Source: Octopus vulgaris (taxonomy: Eukaryota). From it: a stretch of 64,000 bases of DNA. Location of the stretch: NCBI GenBank assembly GCA_951406725.2, contig OX597823.1:19158001-19222000 (forward strand). The letters are read 5' to 3'. Positions 25,379 through 38,953 of the stretch are shown piece by piece (position 1 is the first letter of the stretch; each line of letters begins with the position of its first letter). Under the pieces are notes generated by a model. That model did not search any database. It was not told the DNA's origin and worked only from the letters and a program-made list of their open reading frames with translations. Position numbers and translations under genes: made by a program.

Positions 25379-27437
25379 TATGTACTTCTGTATTGAAGGT
25401 GGTAGAGAGGGATTTGGTTTGAGTGAAATTCGGTTATTACTATTAGGTCATGCTCGACTGCCTAGAGGCTCCCTTGTTGGTTTTAGATAAGATTGTTTTC
25501 TACTGGAGTTTCTAAACAATGTTAATAGCTTCTGTGTCAATTGTATTTTTAATTGTCTGATCACTTAAGAATGGTCGGTCACAAGAGTTCTATGAATGTC
25601 ATTTGAAATGTCATCACTTTTGTTTTGTAAACATCACTGGATGCTGACAGACTAGCTTCTCTTGTTATAGTTCTAGCCCATCTCGGTTATTTTGATCTAG
25701 GGTTTATACTCTGTAATTCAGAGTATCATTGTAGTTATATGGTATTTGTTGTTTTTTTTTTATCTAAGAATTATATTTGATAAAAATAAGTTGCTGTTAT
25801 AATTGACGAAAGAACAATCTTCTCCATATCAATAATGGTACACGAGCCTGGTGCAGCCTTCTGGCTTCCCAGATCCCCGGTCAAACCGTCCAACCCATGC
25901 TAGCATGGAGAACGGACGTTAAACGATGATGATGATGATGTGTGTGTTTGTGTGATAGAAAAGGAAAGAGCTTGTTAGATTGCAATGTAAACTACTATCA
26001 GCATTGTTTTAATGTCTGCATTTCCATGCTTGCATGGGTCAGACAAAACTTAACGAAGCAGATTTTTCTACAACCAGAAGCTCTTCCTGTTGCCAACCAT
26101 TGCCTATTTCCAAGGAAGGTAATGTTTCCCTTGAAAAGCAATAAACCCAATGGTTGAATATGTCCAGAGGAAAGAGATGCACAAGTATGCACATACTCGT
26201 GCACTTTCACATGGTCACATGTTGTGTACCTGCATAAATGCCCACGCACTCTTTTGCATAGCATTCTTCCTAGAAAGTCATCAAAACCCTCTTGGCAAAT
26301 TTGATCTCACGAGGGTCTTGTGAGCAGGTATTAATGCAACACCCCCTATCCATTTGGCCATTGGGCTTTTACATGCCAGATGATAAACAACAATTAGGTC
26401 AGCATCGAAAATACAAGTGCCTTTAGTATACTGCTGCTGCTGCTACTATTACTACTACTACTACTACTGTAATATTTGGCTACTAATTAAAATTACTTCT
26501 TTCCTTAGATATAATCCACATTTCTGCACTCACTGGCTGTTTCTCAGTATTCGGTATTTCTAATCTGTTGGGGATGTGTACAGACAAATGTGCAATCGCA
26601 AAGGGGAGCATTGTCATCACGAGAGCCTGTTCTGTTGCAACAACTGCCCAATAGGGTTGAGAGCAACGAGGTTATTGAGTGCATTCCAACATTTCTGTCA
26701 CATCACCGCAACAATGAAAAAGGAAAAAAAAAAAAAAGAAACAAAGTACTCGTTGCATAAATAGGAGTGCATATGGCTACAGATGCAACAGTTTAATGTT
26801 GCGTATGATATCTTGGGCAAGTGTTTTCTGCTATAGCCCCGGGCCGACCAATGCCTTGTGAGTGGATTTGGTAGGACGGAAACTGAAAGAAGCCTGTCGT
26901 ATATATGTATATATATATATATGTTGAAATCATTGTATGTGTGTGTGTGGGGGTGCCATTGGGTATGTGCTTGACAACCGATGCTGGCGTGTTTACCTTC
27001 TCACTTAGCGGTTCGGCAAAATGGCATATTTGATAGGGGTGGGTGTCAAGCAGGGAGGGAGGGATGGCAGGGTGTCTTATGAAATTGGGTGGAATTACAT
27101 CGTATAGGTGTTTGTTCAAACTGGGTGGATGTTGTAGAAGATTGTTGAAAGCAAATATAGAGTTTCACTCATTAAACTTCTTTCATGGTATTATCATCAT
27201 CATCATCATTATCATCACCATAAACAACATCTTCAAATTTACCCTTTTAGAAAATAATGTAAAAACAAGCAGACAAACCTGAGTACTTGATGAATGTTGT
27301 ATGTAAGGAGTGTTACGGTTAAGTTATTGTATAGCATATATTTGATATACAATTCTATATATCAAATATTTGCAATATGTAATTATATGACTAAAGTTCT
27401 CTATGTATGACATATTTGTGTGTGTATATATATATAT

Positions 27438-27474
<37 letters not shown>

Positions 27475-27488
27475 ATATATATATATAT

Positions 27489-27533
<45 letters not shown>

Positions 27534-27589
27534 TTGGAAAGAAAATCTTGTCACATTCCAAGACGTGAATGAATCAAATACCTCTTTGG

Positions 27590-28020
27590 TCTTAATTGAT
27601 ATATTTACTCAAGATAATATTTCCGCCTCTTTATTGGGTAGCATAATCCCATTAACTGGTAAATTGTTGATAGCTTGAGCGTAAAATTCTTCTTGTTTTG
27701 AAACAAACAAATTACTCAGGGTAATTTTTTTCAACCTCTGTATGGTAAACTGTTTTGCCTTGAAATATGTTACAATGATCTGCAAAGATCATAGTCAGGG
27801 ACAGAACAAAATCGGGAACGCTATGAGGAAGTTGCAAAATTTTTTATATATTTAGTGCCATAACATTCTTCCGTGTGACTTGGGCAATATATGATTATGC
27901 ATTATTGTTGTATAAGAGCAACACTTCTTTATGATTGACCAATGATGGGTGGGTTTTTTTCTGCCAATTTTTCTGCAAAGCTTTCCAATTGGCGATACTC
28001 TTCCACATTGTTTCATTTTG
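27590..28020 (-). pseudogene. Highly decayed mariner transposase C-terminal half
   Basis: Manual translation PSLVNHKEVLLLYNNNA*SYIAQVTRKNVMALNI*KILQLPHSVPDFVLS/DYDLCRSL ... SKQEEFYAQAINNLP parallels mariner LVNRKGVLLLHDNARPH..YSPDLAPSDYHLFRSL..SK..EFY..GI..LP. Confidence 0.62.
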
Positions 28021-29084
28021 GTTTAACGCTTCATGAGACAAAATCCTTCATATCCCCCCCACAAAGCACAACAGTTTAAAAAAAAAATTTTTTTTTTAGT
28101 GTGGCCCTCGTTTTTGGGGATGGATTCTTCTTTTTCATTCATTGCTAATCCTTGTTGTTTTGTTGAATATCATCATTTAGCATCTGCTTTCCATGCTGGC
28201 ATGGGTTGGATGGTTTGACAGGGCAGAAGACTGCAGTGAACTTCAGTGTTTGTTTTGGCAGGGTTTTTATGGCTGGATGCAACACTTCCCTTTCCCCATC
28301 ACTTAATTTTTTTTTTAGGGCTTCTCAGACTGGTGGAAAGAGGGGAGGAGATTGTGCTCAAACTGTAGCCCTGGCTCAAAAGCTTGCAGCTGTGTGAAGT
28401 CTGATTAAGACACTCAGTGACCAGGTGATGATGGTGGTTTCAAACTGGGTGAAGTATTAAGTTTTTGCTGCCCTCCCACCTTCCAAGAACTTAGAAGGCA
28501 AGAACAGAAGGTAAATACTGCAAGTCATTTTGTCCAGTGCTCTGGTTCTGGCAATTTGTCTGCTAGAAATAGCAGCCAAATCACAGCCTACCATATTATT
28601 AATCTGAGAGAAAGTCACATTGCATAATGTAGTTGTAGTTGCGTTATGTTTGGGGCAGGAAGAAGTTGAAATGCTTTTGACCATGGGTCTGCAGCACTAT
28701 CGGTGCTGGCCTGGAGCTAAACAACAGTTGCATACAAGCCAGATGAATCATTTTACTGCATATACTGTATATGTTTCTCCCTGGTGTTGAATGTAAATAT
28801 TTATCTTTCTCAGTTTTGCTTGCAACATACTCTTGCTTGTGTAACAAAAATAAACCAAGAATAATAGGAACAAGAACAACAGCACTTCTGTGTGATGGCT
28901 AAATGTAATATGGTGGTGTTGTTTGTGGCCATATAGAGAAGTGTTAGTGGAATTTAATCAAAATTTGGTTTTTGGAATTGTTTCCTCTCCTTTTACTGTG
29001 GTATTCATTTGAAACCAGAAATAGGTTAGTTAAATGCTAAATATAATATTACTTAGTAAAACCCTGTTGTGTAACTGTATATAT

Positions 29085-29590
29085 GTGGGTGGGTGCATGT
29101 AGATGTCTGTGTGTGTGTATAAATGCATGTGTGTGTGTGTGTGTGTGTATAAATGCGTGTGTGTGTGTATAAATGCATGGAAATGGGTGTATAAATGCAT
29201 GTAAATGTGTGTATAAATGCATGTAAATGTGTGTGTGTAAATGCGTGTAAATATGTGTGTAAATGTGTATAAATGTATGTGTATGTATAAATGCATGTAA
29301 ATGTGTGTGTGTAAATGCATGTGTGCATATAAATGCATGTAAATGTGTGTGAATATTTATAAATGCATGTGTATGTGTAAATGCATGTGTGTGCATATAA
29401 ATGCATGTAAATGTGTGTATAAATGCATGTGTATAAATGCATGTAAATGTGTGTGTATAAATGCATGTAAATGTTTCTGTATAAATGCATGTAAATGTGT
29501 GTATAAATGCATGTATATGTGTGTATAAATGTATATGTATGTACAAGTGCATGTGTGGGGGTGCCTGTAAGTGTATATATGTATGTGTGT
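29085..29590. repeat. Compound (ataaatgcatgtaaatgtgtgt)-type degenerate minisatellite
   Basis: Recurrent aaatgcatgt and (gt)n modules. Confidence 0.88.
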
Positions 29591-30808
29591 ATATATATCA
29601 TTTGTGCACAATGGTGCAAATACTTTCTGGTTTGTAAAATGAAGGCAACTCTTTCTAAAAGAACAAAAATCAAGTGAACTTAGCAATTCATCAAATAGGG
29701 ATGTGTTAAAATGAGTACTGGGGGGTTGTCATAATTAATTACAGATGATGAGGGTAATATCCTCGCATGACCACAGACCAGTGTCTGGAACCTGTTAAAG
29801 AATTAAAGGATATCTTATAATACCTATTTCTTGTAAGTTGGACGTGTGTGTATGAAAGGTTTTAAAATCAGAGAAGGATTAGTAGTGTCTATGATTTTTT
29901 TCAGGGTTTCAGTGTAATGTAGGGAGGACAATGTATTCAGACCTGAAACCTGTCTGAAATGTTTGTAGCAGAGCAGGCTTCTGCTGAAGGTGTTTGAGAA
30001 CTAGGTGACTGGTGTTTTTTGTCTTAGAGTGGACAATTGAGTGTCTTTGCTGAGGAGCTTTTGTAACATCCAAAGGTAAACCCATGAGTTATCGGGAGTG
30101 ATGCAACGCCAGTTTTTAAGTGATATATGTATGTGATGGACTTTGAGAGAAAAAAAGTTTTGCTTCAATATCACATAAGAAGAGAAGCATATCTAAAATG
30201 TCATGGTATAAATACTTTTATTTTCATTTAATATCCTTGTTCCTTGCTGACATGGTTCCTTAAAACCATCCACTTGACAGCTTGTACTGGGTCTTTTTTT
30301 TTCCCCTTTTTGTTACCAGCACTGATCATGCGGGTTATCATGCAGTTCACAAGACTATGGACCCCAGCAGTTCTACACATAAAACTAAAATACATGTTAT
30401 ATATGTGACACTTTGATAACTGGATTATTCAAGAAATTGAAATTTTGACATCCCAGGCTGAAATTAAAATGGTTCATTACTATTGTTCTTTAATGATAAA
30501 AACCCATGACATTTTGTGTCTTGTAAAACATATCTAGAATTCTCTTCCACTGTAACTGACCACAGGATAAGTGTCCAGTTATGGAAACAACCTCATTGTT
30601 TGGAGGTGGGGAACTGATATAGGTGCTGGCATGGCTGTATGGTTAAGAAGCTGGCTTTGCCACCGCATGGTTTTGGGTTCAGCTGTAGTATGTGGCACCT
30701 TAGGCAAGTGTCTTCTACTATAACCCTGGACTGACCAATACCATGTGGGTGAATTTAGTGCATGAAACTGTGTGGAAGCCCATTTTATATATATATATAT
30801 ATATATAT

Positions 30809-31118
30809 GACACATAAGAAAACACCATCCGAGCGTGGCCGTCTGCCAGCCTCGTCTGGCACCTGTGTCGGTGGCACATAAAAAACACCATCCGAGCGTG
30901 GCCGTCTGCCAGCCTCGTCTGGCACCTGTGTCGGTGGCACATAAAATCACCCACTACACTCTCGGAGTGGTTGGCGTTAGGAAGGGCATCCAGCTGTAGA
31001 AACACTGCCACATCTGACTGGCCTGGTGCAGCCTTGGGCTTCCCAGACCCCAGTTGAACCGTCCAACCCATGCTAGCATGGAAAGCGGACGTTAAACGAT
31101 GATGATGATGATGATGAT
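30809..31118 (+). mobile_element. RTE 3' tail copy inserted in a (TA)n tract, with an internal ~52-bp tandem duplication
   Basis: Flanked by (TA)n on both sides; aaacaccatccgagcgtggccgtctgccagcctcgtctggcacctgtgtcggtggcacat occurs twice. Confidence 0.82.
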
Positions 31119-31126
31119 ATATATAT

Positions 31127-31516
31127 AGGCGCAGGAGTGGCTGTGTGGTAAGTAGCTTGCTAACCAACCACATGGTTCCGGGTTCAGTCCCACTGCATGG
31201 CATCTTGGGCAAGTGTCTTCTGCTATAGCCCCGCGGCCAACCAATGACTTGTGAGTGGATTTGGTAGATGGAAACTGAAAGAAGCCTGTCGTATATATAT
31301 ATATATGTGTGTGTTTGTGTGTCTGTGTTTGTCCCCCTAGCATTGCTTGGCAACCGATGCTGGTGTGTTTACATCCCCGTCACTTAGCGGTTCGGCAAAA
31401 GAGACCAATAGAATAAGTACTGGGCTTACAAAGAATAAGTCCTGGGGTCGATTTGCTCGACTAAAGGCGGTGCTCCAGCATGGCCGCAGTCAAGTGACTG
31501 AAACAAGTAAAAAAGA

Positions 31517-31520
<4 letters not shown>
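31127..31520 (+). mobile_element. SINE family A, full length
   Basis: ggcgcaggagtggctgtgtggtaag to gactgaaacaagtaaaaaagag. Older fragments at about 26795-27022, 30620-30790, 34612-34750, 35068-35362 and 35665-36015. Confidence 0.85.
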
Positions 31521-31557
<37 letters not shown>

Positions 31558-31789
31558 CATACATATGTTTGTCTTTGTTTGCACTCCACTCCATCCTTGA
31601 CAATTACAGTTGGTTTGTTTATGTCCCTGTAACTTAGAGATTCATCAAAAGTGACCGATAGAATACAGTATCAGACTCAATACTGGAGTTGACTTATTTG
31701 ACAAAACTTTTGAAAGAGTTCCCCCAAGATTGCTGCAGTCCAATGACTGAATCAAGTAAAAGATAAAACATAAACCCTGTGATGGTTAT

Positions 31790-31980
31790 TGTTTAGCCCC
31801 AGGTTTTCCCTGATCAAGTAGACCTATGATCAAAGGGTTTCCAGCTTTGACTACTTTTCCCCTAAATATGGGCACACTTAAGATCTCACAGTTCAATAAC
31901 CCCACTTTAAAGTAGGGCATAATTTTAATGAAGATTTGGTTGCTATTTCTAGCTGGTCGAGCAACTGCATAGTGGCTCCA
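31790..31980 (+). repeat. Old abundant interspersed repeat, family D (unclassified, representative copy)
   Basis: tgtttagccccagg..ctgatcaag.agacctatgatcaaagg..ttccagct ... gatttgg.tgctatttctagc.ggtcgagc. Similar copies near 10625, 10790, 15755, 17445 (-), 25040, 28555 (-), 34150 (-), 45370 (-), 47300, 52765 and 53805. Confidence 0.65.
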
Positions 31981-32659
31981 GTGGTGGCAGGAATTGTTGG
32001 TGTAAGTGGAAAGTATTGGTTGGTTGGTTGTTTATATTTGAGAAATAAGTCTGCTTTGTTTACATACATCTGTTTTCCTCTGGAAGTCAGAACAGCGGAA
32101 TGGAGAGGAGAGGAGAGGTGGAATGCCAGATGGTTAGGGAAGATTCAAGAAATCTAATATTTTCTATACAACCAACTCAGATCCAGTTGTTACATAACCG
32201 TACACAGGAAAAAGTCAACATTCTTTATTGGGTGTGTTACACAAAACAGAAACACTACATGCTAGGTTTCTTACTCATTCCCACTTCACCCCTTCCTCCT
32301 TTTACTGTTTCCATCTTGGCTTTCCCACTCTCTTGCTCCCATCTCTCTCTAATCCCCCCCCCCGTTCCATACCAATTCATTTTATGCCCCCCCCCCCTCC
32401 TTTCTTTTTACATTTTCTTCCTCACCTCATTAACCTTTGCTCTTTGGTTTCCATTTATTTCTTCTTTTCCGTTCTTACCCCTTTCCTTTCCAGTATCTTT
32501 CTTCTTTTCATATCATCCCATGTCCTACCTCTACACATCACCCTGTCTTTTTCTATATTCTTCCCTTCTTTTTCTCTCACTTCCCACTCCTTTTTATCTT
32601 CCCCTCTTCTGTCCTTCATGTTCTTCTGTCTTTTTTTTCCTTCTCCTTCTCTGTCCTTA

Positions 32660-33630
32660 TGTCCTCTCCTTCTCCTCTGTCCTTTCTTATGTCCTTCTCC
32701 TTCTCCTCTGTCCTTTCTTATGTCCTTCCCCTCCTCTGTCCTTTCTTATGTCCTTCCCCTCCTCTGTCCTTTCTTGTGTCCTTCCCCTCCTCTGTCCTTT
32801 CTTATGTCCTTCCCCTCCTCTGTCCTTTCTTGTGTCCTTCCCCTCCTCTGTCCTTTCTTGTGTCCTTCCCCTCCTCTGTCCTTTCTTATGTCCTTCCCCT
32901 CCTCTGTCCTTTCTTATGTCCTTCCCCTCCTCTGTCCTTTCTTATGTCCTTCCCCTCCTCTGTCCTTTCTTATGTTCTCCTCTCTCCTTTCTTATGTCCT
33001 TCTCCTTCTCTGTCCTGTATGTCCTTCCCCTCCTCTGTCCTTTCTTATGTCCTTCCCCTCCTCTGTCCTTTCTTATGTCCTTCCCCTCCTCTGTCCTTTC
33101 TTATGTCCTTCTCCTCTGTCCTTTCTTATGTTCTCCTCTCTCCTTTCTTATGTCCTTCTCCTTCTCTGTCCTGTATGTCCTTCCCCTCCTCTGTCCTTTC
33201 TTATGTCCTTCCCCTCCTCTGTCCTTTCTTATGTCCTTCCCCTCCTCTGTCCTTTCTTATGTCCTTCCCCTCCTCTGTCCTTTCTTATGTCCTTCCCCTC
33301 CTCTGTCCTTTCTTATGTCCTTCCCCTCCTCTGTCCTTTCTTATGTCCTTCCCCTCCTCTGTCCTTTCTTATGTCCTTCCCCTCCTCTGTCCTTTCTTAT
33401 GTCTTTCTGTTATATCCTTCTCCTCCTCTGTCCTTATGTCCTCCTCTTTTCTTATGTCCTCCCCTATTTTCTTATGTCCTTCTCTCCTCTTATGTCTTTC
33501 CCCTCCTCTGTCCTTTCTTATGTCCCCTCCCTCTTCTGTCCTTTCTTATGTCCTTCCTCTCCTCTGTCCTTTCGTATGTCCTTCCTCTCCTCTATCCTTT
33601 CGTATGTCCTTTCTCTCCTCTGTCCTTTTC
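32660..33630. repeat. 28-bp pyrimidine-rich minisatellite within a ~1.6-kb polypyrimidine tract
   Basis: Unit tgtccttcccctcctctgtcctttctta; C/T-rich flanks from about 32270 to 33900. Confidence 0.93.
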
Positions 33631-34286
33631 CTTCTATCCATTTCTAAGTCTCCCCATCCATTTCTATATTCCTTCTGACTTTTTTTATATCTCCATCCTT
33701 CTTCTTGTCTCTACCCACTTTTTTCTAGTGTCTCTCCTGTATGTTGTTTCCGCCTCTCCTTTTTCCTTATAACTCTCCCACTTTCTTACCAATACCTCTA
33801 TCAACACTTCATTCTCCAGAATCACTCTTTTACTCTCTCTCTATCTCCGGTTCCTTCATCTTCTCTCAGCTGTTGCCTTTTATCTTTTCCTCATCTCTTT
33901 TAATATATATGTTTATGTTTGATTTATCTATGATAAAAAGATTCTCACACTTGTTTTATCTTCCCCTTCCAAACCTTTCACTGTGTCTGTGTGTCCCTGT
34001 TCATACCCCAATTCTGTGTCATTAAATATGGCCCTCAGGCCAGGAGAATATTATTACTTTTTTTTTCTTTTTTTTTATTTGTATTATGTGTGGAATGCTT
34101 TTTTTTATTTTCTTATCTCCTCCTGCTACTCTTGTTTTCCCAACTGTATGAGCTCAGAGCCAAACAGAAAGCCTCTATATAGCCTGCTAGAAAGTAGCAG
34201 CCAAACCTCCTTCAAAATCATGTTTTACAAAAAGGACATACTCTGCATGAAAAAAAAAAAAATGGATGGTCTTGTCTGGAATGGCT

Positions 34287-34514
34287 TTAACCCTTTTGTT
34301 ACCAACCCGGCTGAAACCGGCTCTGGTTCTAAGTACAAATGTCTGGTTTTCATAAGTTTTGAATAAAAATCTTCCACCAAACCTTAGTCACAATTTATGT
34401 TCCTGATACTAGCTGAGTGATAACTAAGTTATTTTTCAAAATTCTTTGTTATATTTAAAGTAATTGAAAGAAACACAGATCATCTCAAAATAAATACAGT
34501 TATGAAAGGGTTAA
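34287..34514. mobile_element. piggyBac-type MITE family P2 (TTAA-CCCTTT...AAAGGG-TTAA)
   Basis: TTAA duplicated at both ends with CCC/GGG termini. Homologous copies at 45461-45693, 51382-51615 (inverted) and about 48613-48800 (partial). Confidence 0.85.
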
Positions 34515-35402
34515 TAAGTTTAGTCAGCCAGAGCTGACCTGGGTCTAAATGACAATGTGAATTCTTATATAAGAGGAATATCTTCCTTTGCAAACAAACA
34601 GCAATGGTGATGGTTGCTGGTTGTTTGGTTAAGAAGTTTACTTTGCAACTACATAGTCGAGGTTTCAATTCCACTGCAAGGCACCTTGGGTAAATGTTTG
34701 CTATTGTAACCGTAAACCAACCAATGATATATAAAGGAATTTAGTAGTTAGATGCCCCAAGAAGTTTCTCAATATTATTTTATGTCATAACATTGTCGAA
34801 GATTTTGATTATGTCTCCAGTTTTGTTCCATAGTTAAGTTTGTTTAAAGCATATCATTAGGATAAACAAATTGTGTGACACAGAGAATAAAAATGACATT
34901 ATTTCTTAAAACCAGCACAAATCCAGAAATGTTGGGATAAAGCAGTCGATTAAATTGACCCTAGTTCTTGACTAGTGCTTATTTTAAAAGTTGACTTTGA
35001 AGGAAACTGAACTCCAAGCAAAGGGATGGAACTAAATACCACAAGACATTTTATCTATATTCTACCACAGGAGTGACTGAATGCCTTGTGAGTGGATTTG
35101 GTAGACGGAAACTGAAAGAAGCCTGTCGTATATATGTATATATATATATATGTGTGTGTGTGTGTATGTGTTTATCTCCCTAGCATTGCTTGACAACCGA
35201 TGCTGGTGTGTTTACGTCCCCGTTACTTAGCGGTTCGGCAAAAGAGACCGATAGAATAAGTACTGGGTTTACAAAGAATAAGTCCCGGGGTCAATTTGCT
35301 TGACTAAAGGCGGTGCTCCAGCATGGCCGCAGTCAAATGACTGAAACAAGTAAAAGAGAGTATACTACTTATAATAATCTTTCAAAGCACCATACTTATA
35401 AA

Positions 35403-35644
35403 CAGGGCTCTGGAGTCAACAAGAAACTCTGACTCCAACTCCTCTACAATTGGCACCTCTGACTCTATATAATTAAGTGATTATGGTCTACATATCTCAT
35501 AAAGCTTATGCATATGCTTGTACTCTGAGTAGGCCTATATGTTATAACTGGTTTATTTTAAAGAATAAAGAGATTGTGAGTCGGAATCGGTGTAGTTTTA
35601 CTGACTCCAGCTACTCCTTAATTGTTTTCGACTCCACAGCCCTG
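35403..35644. mobile_element. hAT-type MITE, second copy
   Basis: 15-bp TIR cagggctctggagtc/gactccacagccctg; 8-bp TSD cttataaa/cttataat. Confidence 0.85.
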
Positions 35645-37760
35645 CTTATAATAATAATTTTTCAGGTTGTAAGCATGGCTGTGTGGTTAAGAAGTTCATT
35701 TTGTAACCATGTGGCTTTGGGTTCAGTTATAGCTCTGGGCCATTCAATGCCTTACAGGCGAATCTGGTGAAACAGAAACTGTGGAAGCTCATTTGTGTGT
35801 TTGTGTTTGTTCCCTTCACCGTCACTTGACAGTTAGTGTTGGTTTGTTTGCGTCCATATAACTTAGCAGTTTAGTGAAAAAGACTGATAGAATAAGTACA
35901 AGAATTAAAAAAAAAAAAAAAACAGTACTGGGGATGATTTGTTTGACTAAAGCCTTCAAAATAGTGCCGTAGTATGGCCACAGTTCAATGACTGAAACAA
36001 AGAGTAAAAGATTAAAAAAAAAAATGTTTGAGTGAAAATATTTAGACACAGAAGTTGCTTATTCAATTTCAGCTTGTGTGTGTATGTATGTGTGTGTGAT
36101 GGGGAGTAGAAAGATACTGGGAAGTTCTTGGGAAGCTGTTGACTATTTTTAGCTCTAAATATTCCACCAGTTCTGTTTGTTTGTTTGTTTATTTTATGTT
36201 TTTTTTTTTCAATGTTGTTAACTGAATAATTATTTATAGTTGGGATGACCTGGTGATATTGAGAAAGAAATATCTGTGTGCTGTAGAAGATTGGAAACGT
36301 GCTGCCAGTGTGTGTGGTGTGTTTTTGTCTGCAGTTTCTTGGTTTCACTGTGTTCATGATATTCTGTAGTGATAGTAGTAGTAGTAGTAGCAGCAGCAGT
36401 GACAGATATTTGGTTGGTTCTATTGACACAATTTCACCCTTTCAGTGTCAAATTGCTTAAAGCAGTCAATTGAACATCTGTGCAGTTAAGAATAATTGAC
36501 TAGTGACTCCTGGTGGCTCATTAAGAAAACGGTAAATTTAGTAATACCCATTCACCTCTTTCTTCTCTGCCTCCTCCCCTCCTCCTTTAGTCTTTTATTG
36601 TGCCCCTCCTCCCGCCACTCCACTCCACTGTACTTAATTACTTTATTATTCCCCTTCCTTTTCAGAAACAGCAGACTTTTGGAATTCCATTCTTTGTTTA
36701 TGTTATTCCAAGATGTCAAACAGTCTTGGAGTACTTTTAAAGGATCACGGGGCACTCTCTTTTCCTCCTTTGATTTACCAAGAATACATTTTCTGAACTG
36801 TATTAGTCTAATCTGTTAGCCCTTGTGATTTGACTAAAGAGAGAATTTGTGTTACAGGGAAAGAGTTAATCTCCCTCGTTATTACTTTTAATTACTTTGT
36901 GTGTGTTAAAGCAGCAGAGTAACTGATATGGTAGAATACCTGTCAGACTAAATTTCTTTCTCAATACATTTCCATTCCTTGATTTTCTGTGCTCAAATAT
37001 CGCTGGGGTTGGTAAAATATCAGCTCGTCTTTGTTTACATGTATGATCAGTGTTTCACCCATAACCATCCTAACTTTTAGTAGAATCACTACATTGTCAG
37101 TGCTTTTATATATATATATATATATATATAAAAAGAAATATTGTTAAATGTTTTTCGATTATTTATAGAAAATACAAGTATTTTACATGTATTTATTTGA
37201 TAATTAGTATAAGTACATTTTATTATTATTTTAGACCTGATGAGTGACTATTTTTAAATAGAATTAATTTTAGATCAATTTAATTTTTAAGCAAATTGAT
37301 TTTATTATTATTTATTTAAAAATATAGCCATGAAATGGGCGTAGTCTTTTTACTACTATTTACTATTTATTGTACTTAATTGATTTTTAGAATAAGGTTT
37401 TTAAAGTATGTTTCCTATATGGTGTGAATAACATCTTTCATTATTGAATTGTTTAATAGAGGTTTTTCTCTAAATCATGTGTGTGTGTGTGTGTGTGTGT
37501 GTGAAGATCCAAGGATCAAGGTGTAGGAAGTTAGTAAGATTCAAGCAGTCCATAGAAGATATAAAACAACTTTCAGGAACAATAATGCTTTATTGACATA
37601 AAATGTAAGTTTTTCCCATATTGAAGTTCAATAAGCTGAAAGAAGTTATATTATACTTCTCGGTTAGCAGCTATGGAACATGTGTAGTTTAGATTTTATC
37701 TACTCCATTTCCTAAATTTCAAGATATTTAAAATGTGAGTGTGATTATGTTTAATAAACA

Positions 37761-38125
37761 TAGACGCAGGAGTGGCTGTGTTGTAAGTAGCTTGCTTACC
37801 AACCACATGGTTCCAGGTTCAGTCCCACTGCGTGGCACCTTGGGTACGCGTCTTCTACTATAGCCTCGGGCCGATCAAAGCCTTGTGAGTGGATTTGATA
37901 GACGGAAACTAGAAGTCGTCCGTCGTGTGTATATATATATATATATATATATACCGGAGTAAGCACATAAATGTGAAACGAGTTGAAAAAAAGAGTACTC
38001 AAATACCAGAGGTAGAGTAATATGCTTTATTTAAAAGCAGCAGAAATATATAGCAAAAGCTGTTACTCAGTTTCACGTTCCCGTTCATTGGACAGTTTTG
38101 TTAAAAAATTTTAAAATAAAGTATA

Positions 38126-38169
<44 letters not shown>

Positions 38170-38400
38170 TGTGTGTATATATATGTATATCTGAGTGTGT
38201 GTTTCTGTGTTTGTACTCCCAACATCACTTGACAACCGATGCTGGTGTGTTTTATGTCCCTGTAACCTAGTGGTTTGGTAAAAAGAGACTGATAGAATAA
38301 GTACTAGGCTTACAAAGAATAAGCTCTGGAGCCAATTAGCTTAACTAAAAAAAGGCGGTGCTCCAGCATGCCCACAGTCAGGTGACTGAAACAAAAGAGT
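37761..38400 (+). mobile_element. SINE family A interrupted in its (TA)n tract by a ~170-bp insert
   Basis: Head at 37761-37930, tail at 38190-38400, foreign sequence at about 37953-38120. Confidence 0.8.
38060..38095 (-). ncRNA. Degenerate minimal hammerhead-like motif
   Basis: CUGU-CCAAUGA-ACG(GGAA)CGU-GAAA-CUGAG-UA-ACAG; stems I and II perfect, two core substitutions. Confidence 0.45.
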
Positions 38401-38629
38401 ATTTAGTTTTGCTGTGAAATTAGGTCCCACAGTTCAATAATGAGTAGTGCTACTTTTCAACAGTTTGGAAGGTAGAAGCAAGCAATTATTGACAAACCAG
38501 TTTTGTTCTCATTCATGCTGTCAAAGCTCTGGTGGTCTAATCATGGAGCTTAATTTCATGGCAATATAATCCACACTTATTTGAGATCAAGGTCACACAC
38601 TCACTCACACACACTCACACTCACACACA

Positions 38630-38670
<41 letters not shown>

Positions 38671-38876
38671 CTTTTACTTGGTTTAGTCATTAGTCTGCGG
38701 CCATGCTGGGGCACTGCTTTGAATTTTTAGTCGAATTAAATCAACCCCAGTACTCCTTTTTTAAAGCCTTGTATTTGTATTGTTCTCGTTTTGCTGAACT
38801 GCTAAGTTACAGGGATGCAAACACACCAACACTGGTTGTCAAGCAGTGGTGGTGGTGGCCACAAAAAGACACATAG

Positions 38877-38953
<77 letters not shown>

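Noticed and set aside
32100-33772. ORFs of 413-515 aa rich in L/S/P/F/C
   Set aside because: A pyrimidine-rich repeat lacks stop codons by composition.
37237-37290. CTGATGAG as another hammerhead core (also near 4103, 20218, 63743)
   Set aside because: No correctly placed stem II, GAAA and UH site with a closing stem I.
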